Assembly: GCA_963718515.1 (NCBI GenBank)
Contig: OY970354.1
Coordinates: 110,363 to 174,362, forward strand
Direction of reading: 5' to 3'
Length of the DNA stretch: 64,000 nt
DNA from: an uncultured bacterium
GTDB taxonomy: Bacteria; Patescibacteriota; Minisyncoccia; UBA6257; 2-01-FULL-56-20
Shown here: positions 1-8,619 of the stretch, in pieces
Numbering within the stretch: position 1 is the stretch's first letter
How the letters are laid out: every line of letters starts with the position of its first letter
Translations under genes and position numbers: made by a program
Notes under the pieces: generated by a model
What the model was told of the DNA's origin: nothing
The model's input: only the letters and a program-made list of their open reading frames with translations
Databases searched by the model: none

Positions 1-775
1 CGCCCGGGGTTTTTGTGTAATGGATATTTTTTTGCTCGGTGGCGAATACGCTTGCGGCGGCACCGGCCGGATCGAAATCCCCGACGATCTTTCCTTCCAC
101 GTTGCGGTTGAAGCCAAAATCGATGACGAGCGCGCCCGGTTTTAAATGGAGCGCATTGAACAGGCCCGCGTGGCCGGCGCCGGCGATAACGATGTCCGCG
201 TCACCTAACTTTTCGTGGATGTTTTTGACGCTCGCATCGAGCACCACGAGTTCCGCCACTTTATTCTGTAGCCAGAATCCCACCGGCTTGCCTATTAAAA
301 ATCCTGCACCGACAACGACAACGGTCAGGTCGCGTAGCGTGCGGTTATCGCACGCCAAGATCTCTTCCACCGCCGCAACCGATGGCGGCACGATCTTCCC
401 ACGCTCGGTATAGAACGCGCCGAGCGCCGGCTCACTCAAGCAATCGACATCTTTTTCCTTCGGGATCGCGTTCAAAACATAATAACGATTGATCGCGTCC
501 GGAAGCGGGAGCTGGACGATGAACCCGCCGCACGCCTTCGGTTCCGCAAGCCGCCCGATCTCCGCGCGCAGATCGTCAGTCGTGATGGTCGACGGCAATT
601 GGTAAAGCCGGAACTCAATGCCGAGATCGCGTGCCACCTTCTCTTTTTGTTTTAAAAAATTGAGCGATGCGGGGTCATCACCCACAAGCGCCGCGCCAAG
701 GAATGCGCCAGGCTTAGGCGCGGCGCGTAATCGCTCTATAATGTTATCCGCAATGGCTTTGCCGTCGATGATCAT
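1..775 (-). CDS. folD: Bifunctional methylenetetrahydrofolate dehydrogenase/cyclohydrolase FolD (C-terminus runs off left edge)
   Basis: Absent from the ORF track because the frame stays open to position 1. Hand translation from ATG (775-773) gives MIIDGKAIADNIIERL...GGFIVQLPLPDAINRYYVLNAIPKEKDVDCL...VVVVGAGFLIGKPV...IVIAGAGHAGL...YTKTPG. This shows the FolD QLPLP motif, the Rossmann GxGxxxG and the start of the TPGGVG motif. Confidence 0.85.
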   Translation of the reverse strand, partial: MIIDGKAIADNIIERLRAAPKPGAFLGAALVGDDPASLNFLKQKEKVARDLGIEFRLYQLPSTITTDDLRAEIGRLAEPKACGGFIVQLPLPDAINRYYVLNAIPKEKDVDCLSEPALGAFYTERGKIVPPSVAAVEEILACDNRTLRDLTVVVVGAGFLIGKPVGFWLQNKVAELVVLDASVKNIHEKLGDADIVIAGAGHAGLFNALHLKPGALVIDFGFNRNVEGKIVGDFDPAGAAASVFATEQKNIHYTKTPG

Positions 776-827
776 ATTGAGTATTGTGCCGCAAAACGCG
801 GCGCGGGGCAATCGCACGCGTGCGTCG

Positions 828-1439
828 TTATTTATTATCCAAGCTCGCCCATAGATAGCGCGACCCGAGGCTCCGGTACGGCTTCCACTTGGCGGTGATC
901 TTTTCTGCCTGCGCAGGCGTCGGGGTCTTTTTCATCTTATATATGCGCTGGATCGCGTTCCGCAGACCAAGGTCGCCGTAGGAAAAGATGTCGTCGCGTC
1001 GCAGGCAAAATATCAGGAACATTTCCGCCGTCCACCGCCCGATGCCCTTCACGGCCACAAGGTGTTCGATCACCTCTTCGTCGCTCATCGTGTCGACATG
1101 TTTTAAGTCGAGCGACCCGTCCAATATTTTTTTTGCGAGATCTTTTATGAAGCTCACCTTCATGCGAGAGAGTCCGACTTTGCGCATTTTGGGAACCGAC
1201 ATTTTAAGCACCTCACGCGGGATGGGGAATTTGCGGCCCGGCGTGAGCGCGACGAATCGCTTGAAGATGGTATCCGCCGCCTTGATAGAAAGCTGTTGAC
1301 TCACGATCGACTCCACAAGCGCCTCGAAATATCCGCGGGTGTCCGCGATCTCGCGAAGCGTGATCCCCTCTATAATAACCCTCAAGCGCGGGTCGCTCTT
1401 TTTGAGGTGGGCGATTTTTTTGCGACGGGAAGTCGCCAT
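828..1439 (-). CDS. HhH-GPD base-excision DNA glycosylase (AlkA / 3-methyladenine glycosylase II-like)
   Basis: ORF 828..1583 trimmed to the internal Met (MATSRRKK, ATG at 1439) because the upstream part overlaps glyA. Helix-hairpin-helix GPD-type signature LVAVKGIGRWTAEMFLIF...YGDLGLRNA. Confidence 0.75.
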   Translation of the reverse strand: MATSRRKKIAHLKKSDPRLRVIIEGITLREIADTRGYFEALVESIVSQQLSIKAADTIFKRFVALTPGRKFPIPREVLKMSVPKMRKVGLSRMKVSFIKDLAKKILDGSLDLKHVDTMSDEEVIEHLVAVKGIGRWTAEMFLIFCLRRDDIFSYGDLGLRNAIQRIYKMKKTPTPAQAEKITAKWKPYRSLGSRYLWASLDNK

Positions 1440-1441
1440 AC

Positions 1442-2692
1442 CTATTTGATCCCCGGCACGGGAAACCGCAACGAGAACTCCCTGACCTTTTTCTTGATCG
1501 CGCCGAGCGCGGCTTCGTCCTCGCGCGCCGCGAGCGTTTCGTCGAGAAGGTTCGCCACCGTGCGCATATCCCCAACACCGCACCCGCGCGTGGTAAGCGC
1601 CGGCGTTCCGAGCCGAATGCCCGACGGATCAAGCGGCTTCCGCGGATCGAACGGGATCATGTTCTTGTTAATAGAGATGCCGACTTTTTCGAGCGCCTTC
1701 TCCGCCTCTTTGCCCGTGATGTTCTTACTGCCGAAAAGATCCACGAGCATCAGATGATTGTCCGTACCGCCGGAAATGATGCGATATCCTTTCTCTTGCA
1801 ACGCGGCCGCGAGCGCACGCGCGTTCGCGATCACCGCCTTCGAGTACTCGGCAAACTCCGGCTTGAGCGCCTCGCCGTACGCGATCGCCTTTGCCGCATT
1901 AATGTGATCATGTGGCCCGCCCTGCACGCCGGGGAATACCGCTTTGTCGATCGCCGACGCGAATTGCTCGCGGCACATGATCATCGCGCCGCGCGGGCCG
2001 CGCAACGTCTTGTGCGTGGTCGTTGAAACAACGTCACAGAACGGCACAGGGTTCTCTAACTGTTTTCCCGCTACGAGCCCGGCGATGTGCGCGATGTCGG
2101 CGAAAAGAAGTGCGCCGCACTTGTCCGCGATCGCGCGGAAGCGGGCCCAGTCGAGCGAGCGCGAGTACGCCGAGAAACCCGCGAGGATCATTTTGGGTTT
2201 TTCGCGAAACGCGATCGCTTCCACTTCGTCCATGTCAATCAGCTCGGTTTTTTTATCAACGAAGTACGGGATGATCGTGTACAGCTTTCCGGAAAAATTG
2301 AGCGGGTGTCCGTGAGAAAGATGTCCGCCCTGGTCGAGAGAAAATCCCAGCACTTTGTCGCCCGGGTTAAGCAACGCCATATACACGGCCAGGTTCGCGG
2401 GCGAGCCCGAAAGCGGTTGCACGTTCACATGCTCCGCACCGAACAACGCCTTCGCGCGCTCGATCGCCAGATTTTCCGCCTGGTCGATCACTTCGTTGCC
2501 GCCGTAGTACCGCTTGCCCGGATATCCTTCACTATATTTATTCGTCAACACCGAACCCATCGCTTCCAGCACCGCAGGCGAAACATAGTTCTCGCTCGCG
2601 ATCAGTTCAATGCCTTCCTTCTGCCGCTGTTCCTCGCGTTTGATGATCTCGTACACCTGCGGGTCTTCTTTTTGTACTGCAGAGTAATCCAT
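1442..2692 (-). CDS. glyA: Serine hydroxymethyltransferase
   Basis: 416 aa. ELIASENYVSPAVLEAMGSVLTNKYSEGYPGKRYYGG and the TTTHKTLRGPRG PLP-lysine motif match the SHMT family. Confidence 0.95.
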   Translation of the reverse strand: MDYSAVQKEDPQVYEIIKREEQRQKEGIELIASENYVSPAVLEAMGSVLTNKYSEGYPGKRYYGGNEVIDQAENLAIERAKALFGAEHVNVQPLSGSPANLAVYMALLNPGDKVLGFSLDQGGHLSHGHPLNFSGKLYTIIPYFVDKKTELIDMDEVEAIAFREKPKMILAGFSAYSRSLDWARFRAIADKCGALLFADIAHIAGLVAGKQLENPVPFCDVVSTTTHKTLRGPRGAMIMCREQFASAIDKAVFPGVQGGPHDHINAAKAIAYGEALKPEFAEYSKAVIANARALAAALQEKGYRIISGGTDNHLMLVDLFGSKNITGKEAEKALEKVGISINKNMIPFDPRKPLDPSGIRLGTPALTTRGCGVGDMRTVANLLDETLAAREDEAALGAIKKKVREFSLRFPVPGIK

Positions 2693-2860
2693 TGGAGTAA
2701 TTAAAAATAGTTAAAATTAGCTTAATAATAGTGGCGCCCAAAGCTACAAGAAGTATTACACCATGCCATAATAATACTCCCAAAATGTTGAAAAAACAGC
2801 CAAAGCCGTGTACATTAATGATGCAATGAACCGCCCGCGATGGGCGGCGCATTCAATGAT

Positions 2861-2932
2861 GGTGCCCATAGCTTAATGGTAAAGCTCTACTCTGTGGCAG
2901 TAGCAATCCGGGTTCAATTCCCGGTGGGCACC
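2861..2932 (+). tRNA. tRNA-His (anticodon GTG) with encoded G-1
   Basis: Hand-folded cloverleaf. G-1 followed by acceptor GTGCCCA/TGGGCAC, anticodon stem CTACT/AGTAG with loop CTGTGGC, T-arm CCGGG-TTCAATT-CCCGG, discriminator C pairing G-1. No encoded CCA. Confidence 0.9.
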
Positions 2933-2990
2933 CTGACAGGAATTGAACCCGCGATGCTTGCTTGAGACCCCACCTCTTTTTGCGCACACC

Positions 2991-3031
2991 AAATAAGAAC
3001 GGCATCCTAATACGGGTGCCGTTCTTATTTT
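2991..3031. terminator. Bidirectional hairpin terminator
   Basis: AAATAAGAACGGCA ... TGCCGTTCTTATTT: a 14-bp stem with A/T runs on both sides, downstream of the minus-strand gene ending at 3060. Confidence 0.5.
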
Positions 3032-3059
3032 CCGAATCCGCTGCTTCACCGAGAAAGCT

Positions 3060-3482
3060 CTATGCTGGCTGTTTTTCTCTCTTACTGGATATGAAAGAAT
3101 CGATTAACACCGACTCCAACTCCGGGACGATCTTCTTTGTCTCGCTGGTTTTGAAGGTGACTACCGACGATGTTTCTCCTTTTTTCTTAATCTCCTTAGT
3201 CAGATCCTTTTTGAGATTCTTAACGTCGTCCATGTGGGTAACGAAGTTGGTCATGAAGTACTCGATAAATACTCCTTCCACTTTGTTATCGCGATTGAGG
3301 TAAAAAGCGAACTCGTCGTTCACATATTTCTTTTTAGCAGAAGATGACAAATGAGGCATGCGGACAGCAATGCTGTCCGTCTCCGTATCGTAATTCGAAA
3401 TCCATCCTTCCTTCTTGGCTATTGAAGAGAAGTTCCGTGCGAAATCCACGATATTCTTTTTTTGTTTAAGGTTGAGTTCCAT
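3060..3482 (-). CDS. Hypothetical protein (second gene of a 2-gene cassette)
   Basis: 140-aa ORF in the 40% GC islet. Its start overlaps the stop of the upstream ORF by 1 nt (3482). No family recognised. Confidence 0.5.
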   Translation of the reverse strand: MELNLKQKKNIVDFARNFSSIAKKEGWISNYDTETDSIAVRMPHLSSSAKKKYVNDEFAFYLNRDNKVEGVFIEYFMTNFVTHMDDVKNLKKDLTKEIKKKGETSSVVTFKTSETKKIVPELESVLIDSFISSKREKQPA

Positions 3483-3826
3483 TAGACAATGCGCTTTAGG
3501 GTTTTGTATTTTTTCTCTTTAACGTAATCAATAGAATAAGCAGATATGACCCTGCATGGCTCCCCTTTTGCCACCCCAACATATACTACTACTTTAGCAT
3601 ACATATAAGTTTCATACCTGCCGTAATAGCAATGTTTGTGGGTGTCGAAATAGTCGGGCCACACCTCCTCCGGGGCGGTGATAGCATCTTTTACAGCGCG
3701 AATGAACTGGACCAGATCGAGCTCCGGGTGGTCAGCGCGTTTCTCCTTCAGTTTCTTCTTCGTAAAAATTACCCTCCTTCCCCTGTAATCCTTTACGTCG
3801 AAAACAAGAGGTTCCGGCTGTGCCAT
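3482..3826 (-). CDS. Hypothetical small protein (possible RelE/barnase-fold toxin-like; weak)
   Basis: 114-aa ORF translationally coupled to 3060..3482. The C-terminal beta-rich YAKVVVYVG...CRVISAYSIDY resembles small toxin folds, but I cannot name a family. Confidence 0.45.
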   Translation of the reverse strand: MAQPEPLVFDVKDYRGRRVIFTKKKLKEKRADHPELDLVQFIRAVKDAITAPEEVWPDYFDTHKHCYYGRYETYMYAKVVVYVGVAKGEPCRVISAYSIDYVKEKKYKTLKRIV

Positions 3827-3893
3827 TGGTATGGAGAGATTATTGCTCTGTCCGGAAATTTAGTCAACTGAAATTTAATGATTGCTTAATGAT

Positions 3894-4541
3894 TTATTTC
3901 TTTGAATTGAGTATGAGCTTCTTGCCCGGCCCGATGATCGTTCTCTTTTTCCCATTGATAATGATTGCCTGCTTATCCGTAAGCGCGATCACTTCATATT
4001 TTACCCCTTCGGCTTCCTTAGTAACGATGGCCTGATATTTTTCTTCGTAATGCGCGGTCACCAAAAACGGCACGAGATTCAATCCAGTGAGATCTTTCAA
4101 GCCGGGAGTATTACGGTCGGGATGCTTCCATGATGCAGCAGCTATGGTCGGGCAGACGACATAGCTCCCCGCGCTCAATCCAAGATAGAGGCCTCCCTTT
4201 TGGACAAACTTTTTTATCGCTGTGCCAAGTCCAGTTTTCCGAATACCGTTCAAATATTCAAATGTGTTGCCGCCAAAGACGAAGACGACATCGATGCCTT
4301 TTAGGTCGGCGTTTGTGATCTTTCTGTCCAGCTGGAAGAAGGTGATATTCCGCTCTGGGATGCGAATCCCTTTGAACTGCCGAAGCTGTCTCACTATGTA
4401 TTTATTCCGTTTCAGATATTTGGTCGGCGTAATCACTAAAAACACCTTAATGTCGGCAGGTTTCTTGCCGACCAACTTCACGAGCTCTTTCCCAATCTTC
4501 GGATTTTTCCACCAACCTGCGGATGTTAAAAGTAGCTTCAT
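3894..4541 (-). CDS. Peptidase S51 family (dipeptidase E-like)
   Basis: 215 aa. VFVFGGNTFEYL ... LYLGLSAGS matches the S51 GGNT and SAG (nucleophile Ser) motifs. Confidence 0.75.
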   Translation of the reverse strand: MKLLLTSAGWWKNPKIGKELVKLVGKKPADIKVFLVITPTKYLKRNKYIVRQLRQFKGIRIPERNITFFQLDRKITNADLKGIDVVFVFGGNTFEYLNGIRKTGLGTAIKKFVQKGGLYLGLSAGSYVVCPTIAAASWKHPDRNTPGLKDLTGLNLVPFLVTAHYEEKYQAIVTKEAEGVKYEVIALTDKQAIIINGKKRTIIGPGKKLILNSKK

Positions 4542-4543
4542 AT

Positions 4544-5059
4544 TTATATTCTCATCTTCCTTAAAATGACCTCCGCTATCTTTGCCGTATCTTGATTCGC
4601 ATCAACCTCGGTAAAATCTTTTATTTTCTTTAAGAGCTCCCTACTGTGTTCCAACACAAAAACTTGCTCATCTTCATTTTTGGCGAAGTGATTATTACTG
4701 CGTTTCGAAAGCCGGTCTTTGATCACGGTGTCATCGGCGGTTAATATAAAAACTTTATCAAATTCACGGATGACGTCTTCGATATTTTCCGTGATGCCAG
4801 ATACAAACACATCCTTATCTTCACGCATTGAAGAGAGGAGGGTTTTGAGGGTGGAGATGTCGCAATACCACCCATGCTCGGTCAGCCACTGATAATCCCT
4901 GCCGACTGGTCCATATTCAGTGATTTCTCCCGATGCCTTATTTTTCCATCGGCACATTCCTGTGGCATCGAGGTCGATGACAACATATCCGTGCTTTTGT
5001 AATTCAGCGAGTGTCGTCGTTTTGCCCGTTCCTGATATTCCCGTGATGAAAACCTTCAT
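4544..5059 (-). CDS. P-loop NTPase / small-molecule kinase-like ATPase
   Basis: 171 aa. N-terminal Walker A, MKVFITGISGTGKTT. Size and layout resemble the AAA_18 / shikimate-adenylate kinase superfamily. Confidence 0.7.
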   Translation of the reverse strand: MKVFITGISGTGKTTTLAELQKHGYVVIDLDATGMCRWKNKASGEITEYGPVGRDYQWLTEHGWYCDISTLKTLLSSMREDKDVFVSGITENIEDVIREFDKVFILTADDTVIKDRLSKRSNNHFAKNEDEQVFVLEHSRELLKKIKDFTEVDANQDTAKIAEVILRKMRI

Positions 5060-5150
5060 GGTTATAGTATAGCGGAAAATGTTTATAGTGTTGTAATAAA
5101 AAAACTGCGCCGATTATTGCAATCGACGCAGAAAAATGAAACTGGATACA

Positions 5151-6350
5151 TCATGCCATAGCTCTCAACCTCGAAGGCCACGGACATCCGGGCTGGGAGT
5201 TGGGTTCTCCGGTATGAATGCCCTCACACTGCTCACAGCGAAAGGAAATGCCGCAGGGAACGAGGATCAAATCCTTGATTTCCTGAAGGCCTATCTTCCC
5301 TATGTGCTTGGTGTGGAGGATCTGATTTTCCGTGTGGCTGATCAGATCGCCGAGAGTCGTGATGCTCGCGTGAGCCAGGTTGCTTTCCGTCCGCGCCGAT
5401 AACCCGAACTGTACGAGTCCGGTCCGAAGCAGCTCGGAAAGCTTGATACCAGATGCCACGCCAGTCGGAACGCCGCCGGATTCCTGCTTGTATTCCTGGA
5501 GCAGTTGAGTGAGCAACTGGCCCATGGCAGCAATCGGTTTCTCGGTGATCCAGCGAAGCCGACTCACGTTGTGATGTTTCCGAAGATCGAGCAGAGCTTT
5601 CCGTTCGGTTTCCCGAACAGCCGAGGGGCCCATGCCGAGGCGTTCTGCACATTCCTCAAGGGTTAATGGTTTCCGATCGATCAGGCCGAACCGCATCCTG
5701 ATCACATCCCTCTTCTTCGAGCTCAATGTTTCAAGCACGCGATCCACAAGAATCCTTCCGGTTTCAAACAGAGGAAGTCGGTGGCAGTTGCGGTAACAGC
5801 GAAGTGCCCACTTCTGCATGTCCATGTCGAGATCGTGACGAGCCGGAACGTTTTCGCGCTGGAGCACTCCCACGTGGTGGAGGTATTCCTTCACGAGCCG
5901 TTCGCCGGAGAGACGTTCGACATTGTCCTCGTCCCATTCGCCGACAACAGCGATCAGAAGCTGTCGATATGGGAAAAGTTCGCGATCGTTGGGATAGGCG
6001 AGGGCATGGATCATGTGAGCGGTGGCCGTTGCCGTGGCGAGAAGCGAAGGAATGTCGAGAAATGTTTCGAGCAAAGCTCGCAACACCGCCCATTCTTCTT
6101 CGCTGTTGATGTGGGTGGAATTGATCTCGTGAGCATAGTTCAAGAGCGCCAGGGAATAGATCATACTCCGCGGGCGAGGGGTCTTTCCAAAACTCTCTTT
6201 ACCACCCAATGCGAGAAACTCTTTGTAGACTGCCGCTCGCGAGCGACCGGTTGCGGTTACGATGTCTTGCACGGAGTAACCGATGAAAAACAATCTGCGC
6301 ATGATCTCGAAGCGTTCTCGACGATCCAAATCCATCAAACCCATTGGCAT
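5151..6350 (-). CDS. Putative transcription regulator: N-terminal HTH, sigma-70 region-4-like segment and RNA polymerase alpha-CTD-like HhH segment
   Basis: 399 aa with RBS AGGAGAA 5 nt upstream. LSSKKRDVIRMRFGL...PLTLEECAERLGMGPSAVRETERKALLDLRK resembles sigma70 region 4. LSARTESNLAHASITTLGDLISHTENQILHTKHIGKIGLQEIKDLI resembles the RpoA C-terminal domain. Confidence 0.6.
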   Translation of the reverse strand: MPMGLMDLDRRERFEIMRRLFFIGYSVQDIVTATGRSRAAVYKEFLALGGKESFGKTPRPRSMIYSLALLNYAHEINSTHINSEEEWAVLRALLETFLDIPSLLATATATAHMIHALAYPNDRELFPYRQLLIAVVGEWDEDNVERLSGERLVKEYLHHVGVLQRENVPARHDLDMDMQKWALRCYRNCHRLPLFETGRILVDRVLETLSSKKRDVIRMRFGLIDRKPLTLEECAERLGMGPSAVRETERKALLDLRKHHNVSRLRWITEKPIAAMGQLLTQLLQEYKQESGGVPTGVASGIKLSELLRTGLVQFGLSARTESNLAHASITTLGDLISHTENQILHTKHIGKIGLQEIKDLILVPCGISFRCEQCEGIHTGEPNSQPGCPWPSRLRAMA

Positions 6351-6499
6351 GATGTTCTCCTTTCAAAGTAGTGTGGATGCTCTGTGAAACAGGGCTCCAA
6401 GGCACCTACAGAGCTGCCCGTATAATATCATTTGACGCACATTTTGTAAAGTGATATTATATGCGCAGTAACTGCCAAAACCATATTCAAGGAGAACAC

Positions 6500-7345
6500 A
6501 TGACCGCTCATCACGCACATATCAGCCCTACCGCCAAGCTCGTCGCATTTCTTTGCGCGGAGAGCGGCATTCCGTATTGCCGCGAGATCGCAACCCTGTG
6601 CGACGCCAATACGGCGACGCAGAAACTGATTGACGGAGATCCGAACTGGATCGCAAACCGTCGGGCTCAGGTGGAACTGCGCTTCAAGTGCATCAACGAA
6701 CTCATCCGAAGGGTCGGCTACACGCAGGTGCTCGAACTCGCGTCGGGCGTTTCCCCGCGTGGTCTCATTCTTTCGGAAGATCCTTCGATGACGGTCATCG
6801 AGACCGACCTGCCGGAGATGCTCGCGGAGAAGGTTGAGATTGTGAGTTCACTGATCAATCTCAGCGAACGGAAGAACTATCACCTGTGGGCCGCGAACGC
6901 GTTGCATGCCAATGAACTCTGGAATGCGTCCGCTGTATTCCACCAGCAGAGACCCATCACCGTCGTGCAGTCAGGTCTTCTCCAGTACCTCGATGAGCCG
7001 GAGAGGAAACAACTCACTGATAATGTCGCCGCCCTGCTTCGCCATTTCGGCGGCGTATGGATCAACCCTGACATCAATGTGCGCAAGCGGTATGATCGCT
7101 ATTACGCCAACAAGTCCGAGGCCCACATTCTGAAGTCGGTGAATGAATCGACCGGGCGCGACCTCGTCCAAAACTGTTTCGCTGACTGGGACGCTGCGGT
7201 GAAGTTCTTTGAAGAAGAAGGGTTTACCGTAGAGCGCCTCAAACAACTCGACCTCGTGCCCGAGCTTCGGGATCGGGTTTCCGATCCAGACACGCTCGAA
7301 CGCATGGAGTTCGAAGAAATCTGGGCGCTACGCCTCAAGGGATAG
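6500..7345 (+). CDS. Class I SAM-dependent methyltransferase-like protein
   Basis: ORF 6461..7345 trimmed to the ATG at 6500, which is preceded by AAGGAGAA. VLELASGVSPRG is motif-I-like (compare VLxLGxGxxxR of carboxyl/O-methyltransferases). Confidence 0.6.
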   Translation: MTAHHAHISPTAKLVAFLCAESGIPYCREIATLCDANTATQKLIDGDPNWIANRRAQVELRFKCINELIRRVGYTQVLELASGVSPRGLILSEDPSMTVIETDLPEMLAEKVEIVSSLINLSERKNYHLWAANALHANELWNASAVFHQQRPITVVQSGLLQYLDEPERKQLTDNVAALLRHFGGVWINPDINVRKRYDRYYANKSEAHILKSVNESTGRDLVQNCFADWDAAVKFFEEEGFTVERLKQLDLVPELRDRVSDPDTLERMEFEEIWALRLKG

Positions 7346-7371
7346 TCAAGGGCCATAATATGGCTACACAT

Positions 7372-7414
7372 GGGCACTAATCTCACCACGAGATTGCTGC
7401 CCATTTTCTTATTT
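7372..7414 (+). terminator. Rho-independent terminator
   Basis: GGGCActAATCTC-accac-GAGATTgcTGCCC followed by ATTTTCTTATTT. Confidence 0.5.
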
Positions 7415-7561
7415 GACCGCCAAACAGGTTCTGACTTCCTTCACCCAGGCACCCAGCGATTCGAGGGGTATGCGGTGGAGGTATTTGACTGAAAGTTTTA
7501 AAACTGATATTGTTTGGCCAGCAATAATATTGACTAGTGACTCAATAAGAAAGGAGTTGTA

Positions 7562-8074
7562 ATGAAAGCGTCCACATGGGCCAAGCAACGATGGATTGTC
7601 AGGACGCTCACCACAGAAGACTGGCAGGCGCTGGAAGCCATTTTCCCAAATGTCGCAACCAGACAACGTCATCTCGTTGAAGTTTTACGAAAGGAACTTG
7701 AGAATCCCGCATACGAGAGGCGTTGGGAATTGGCACAATGGGGCCAATTCGCGCACGCCAAAGATTCAGTGAATACTGCGCTTCGTCTCGGGAGTCACCC
7801 ATATCGGATTTCCAAGATTCGTCGTGGAGAGAGGTCTCAAATCCTTACCCTCACACAAGAACCATCAGTAGGTCTTACTGAAGGATTCGAGCTAGTCGGA
7901 TCGGGCCGTATTCCCCAACCAGGCTTTGTGGTAATAGAGCTCCATGCGCCGATGTCCACCATCGGCATCGACGAAATCGGCCGGCTGATGAATTTCGAAG
8001 ATCGAGACGTTACCGCCCATTTGAGCTGGCGGCCGGGTCAACACGAACTCGCAATCAGAATTCTAGGGATATGA
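7562..8074 (+). CDS. Hypothetical protein
   Basis: 170-aa ORF with RBS AAAGGAG 6 nt upstream and a clean terminator downstream. No family recognised. Confidence 0.55.
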   Translation: MKASTWAKQRWIVRTLTTEDWQALEAIFPNVATRQRHLVEVLRKELENPAYERRWELAQWGQFAHAKDSVNTALRLGSHPYRISKIRRGERSQILTLTQEPSVGLTEGFELVGSGRIPQPGFVVIELHAPMSTIGIDEIGRLMNFEDRDVTAHLSWRPGQHELAIRILGI

Positions 8075-8097
8075 ATCATCAACTCTGAAATTAGCAA

Positions 8098-8125
8098 GCC
8101 GGGCGAAAAGCCCGGCATTTTTATT
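8098..8125 (+). terminator. Rho-independent terminator
   Basis: GCCGGGC-GAAAA-GCCCGGC followed by ATTTTTATT. Confidence 0.7.
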
Positions 8126-8228
8126 CCCGCAGATTATTGCGAAAATAGAATCGCTGAGGAATTAATTTAATTTTCCAGCACTCAAGTCGGTTCTGGGGGG
8201 GGGTATTAGCCACCCAACGTAGAAAAAT

Positions 8229-8546
8229 CTATATTACCGACTTACGCGCGAGGTCCGTCGCGAGCGAGGGATTTGTTGCGGTTTTTATTTTCTCGATCAA
8301 TTCTTTCACCGCACTGTTGTAGGCATCAATATCCTGCTTCTCTTCCAAAATCTGCGCCTGCTTCTTTACCAACGCAAGCTCCTCTTTTGTGATGGGGACA
8401 AACTGCAAGAAGGCGATGTTCTTCTTCGGGGTTTTGAGCGATGGAATCCTGTCGTCAGGCACGAACAAGCCTCCGACGAACGCGCTCGAGATATCGGTGT
8501 CGAGATGACCGTCATCGATCGAAAAAATACAGGCGGGAGTTCCCAT
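8229..8546 (-). CDS. Hypothetical protein (possible C-terminal fragment of a SUFU-like domain)
   Basis: 105-aa ORF. AFLQFVPITKEELALVKK resembles the C-terminal motif of bacterial suppressor-of-fused-like proteins. There is no RBS and the ORF is short for that family. Confidence 0.35.
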   Translation of the reverse strand: MGTPACIFSIDDGHLDTDISSAFVGGLFVPDDRIPSLKTPKKNIAFLQFVPITKEELALVKKQAQILEEKQDIDAYNSAVKELIEKIKTATNPSLATDLARKSVI

Positions 8547-8570
8547 AAGAGAACTTCGGATAACTTCAAT

Positions 8571-8611
8571 AATAAAAAGAAGCCCGCCGGGATGTTTCCC
8601 GGACAGGCTTC
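8571..8611 (-). terminator. Rho-independent terminator of gene 8620..9495
   Basis: Minus strand reads GAAGCCtgtCCGGGA-aaca-TCCCGGcggGCTTC followed by TTTTTATT. Confidence 0.6.
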
Positions 8612-8619
8612 ATGAGAGT

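Noticed and set aside
39-854. Plus-strand ORFs 39..413 and 618..854
   Set aside because: They are antisense shadows of the clearly recognisable minus-strand folD, which is open at the window edge and so missing from the track. Their composition is Ala/Pro/Ser/Thr-rich junk.
1440-1583. N-terminal 48-aa extension of ORF 828..1583
   Set aside because: It overlaps the 3' end of glyA in another frame and is Arg/Gly-rich. The internal Met at 1439 sits 2 nt after the glyA stop and gives a normal glycosylase length.
2933-3010. tRNA fragment or att-site remnant next to tRNA-His
   Set aside because: CAGGAATTGAACCCGCGA resembles the reverse complement of the tRNA-His T-arm. However, it is inverted rather than direct, does not fold into a tRNA, and there is no integrase. 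This is insufficient for an attachment-site call.
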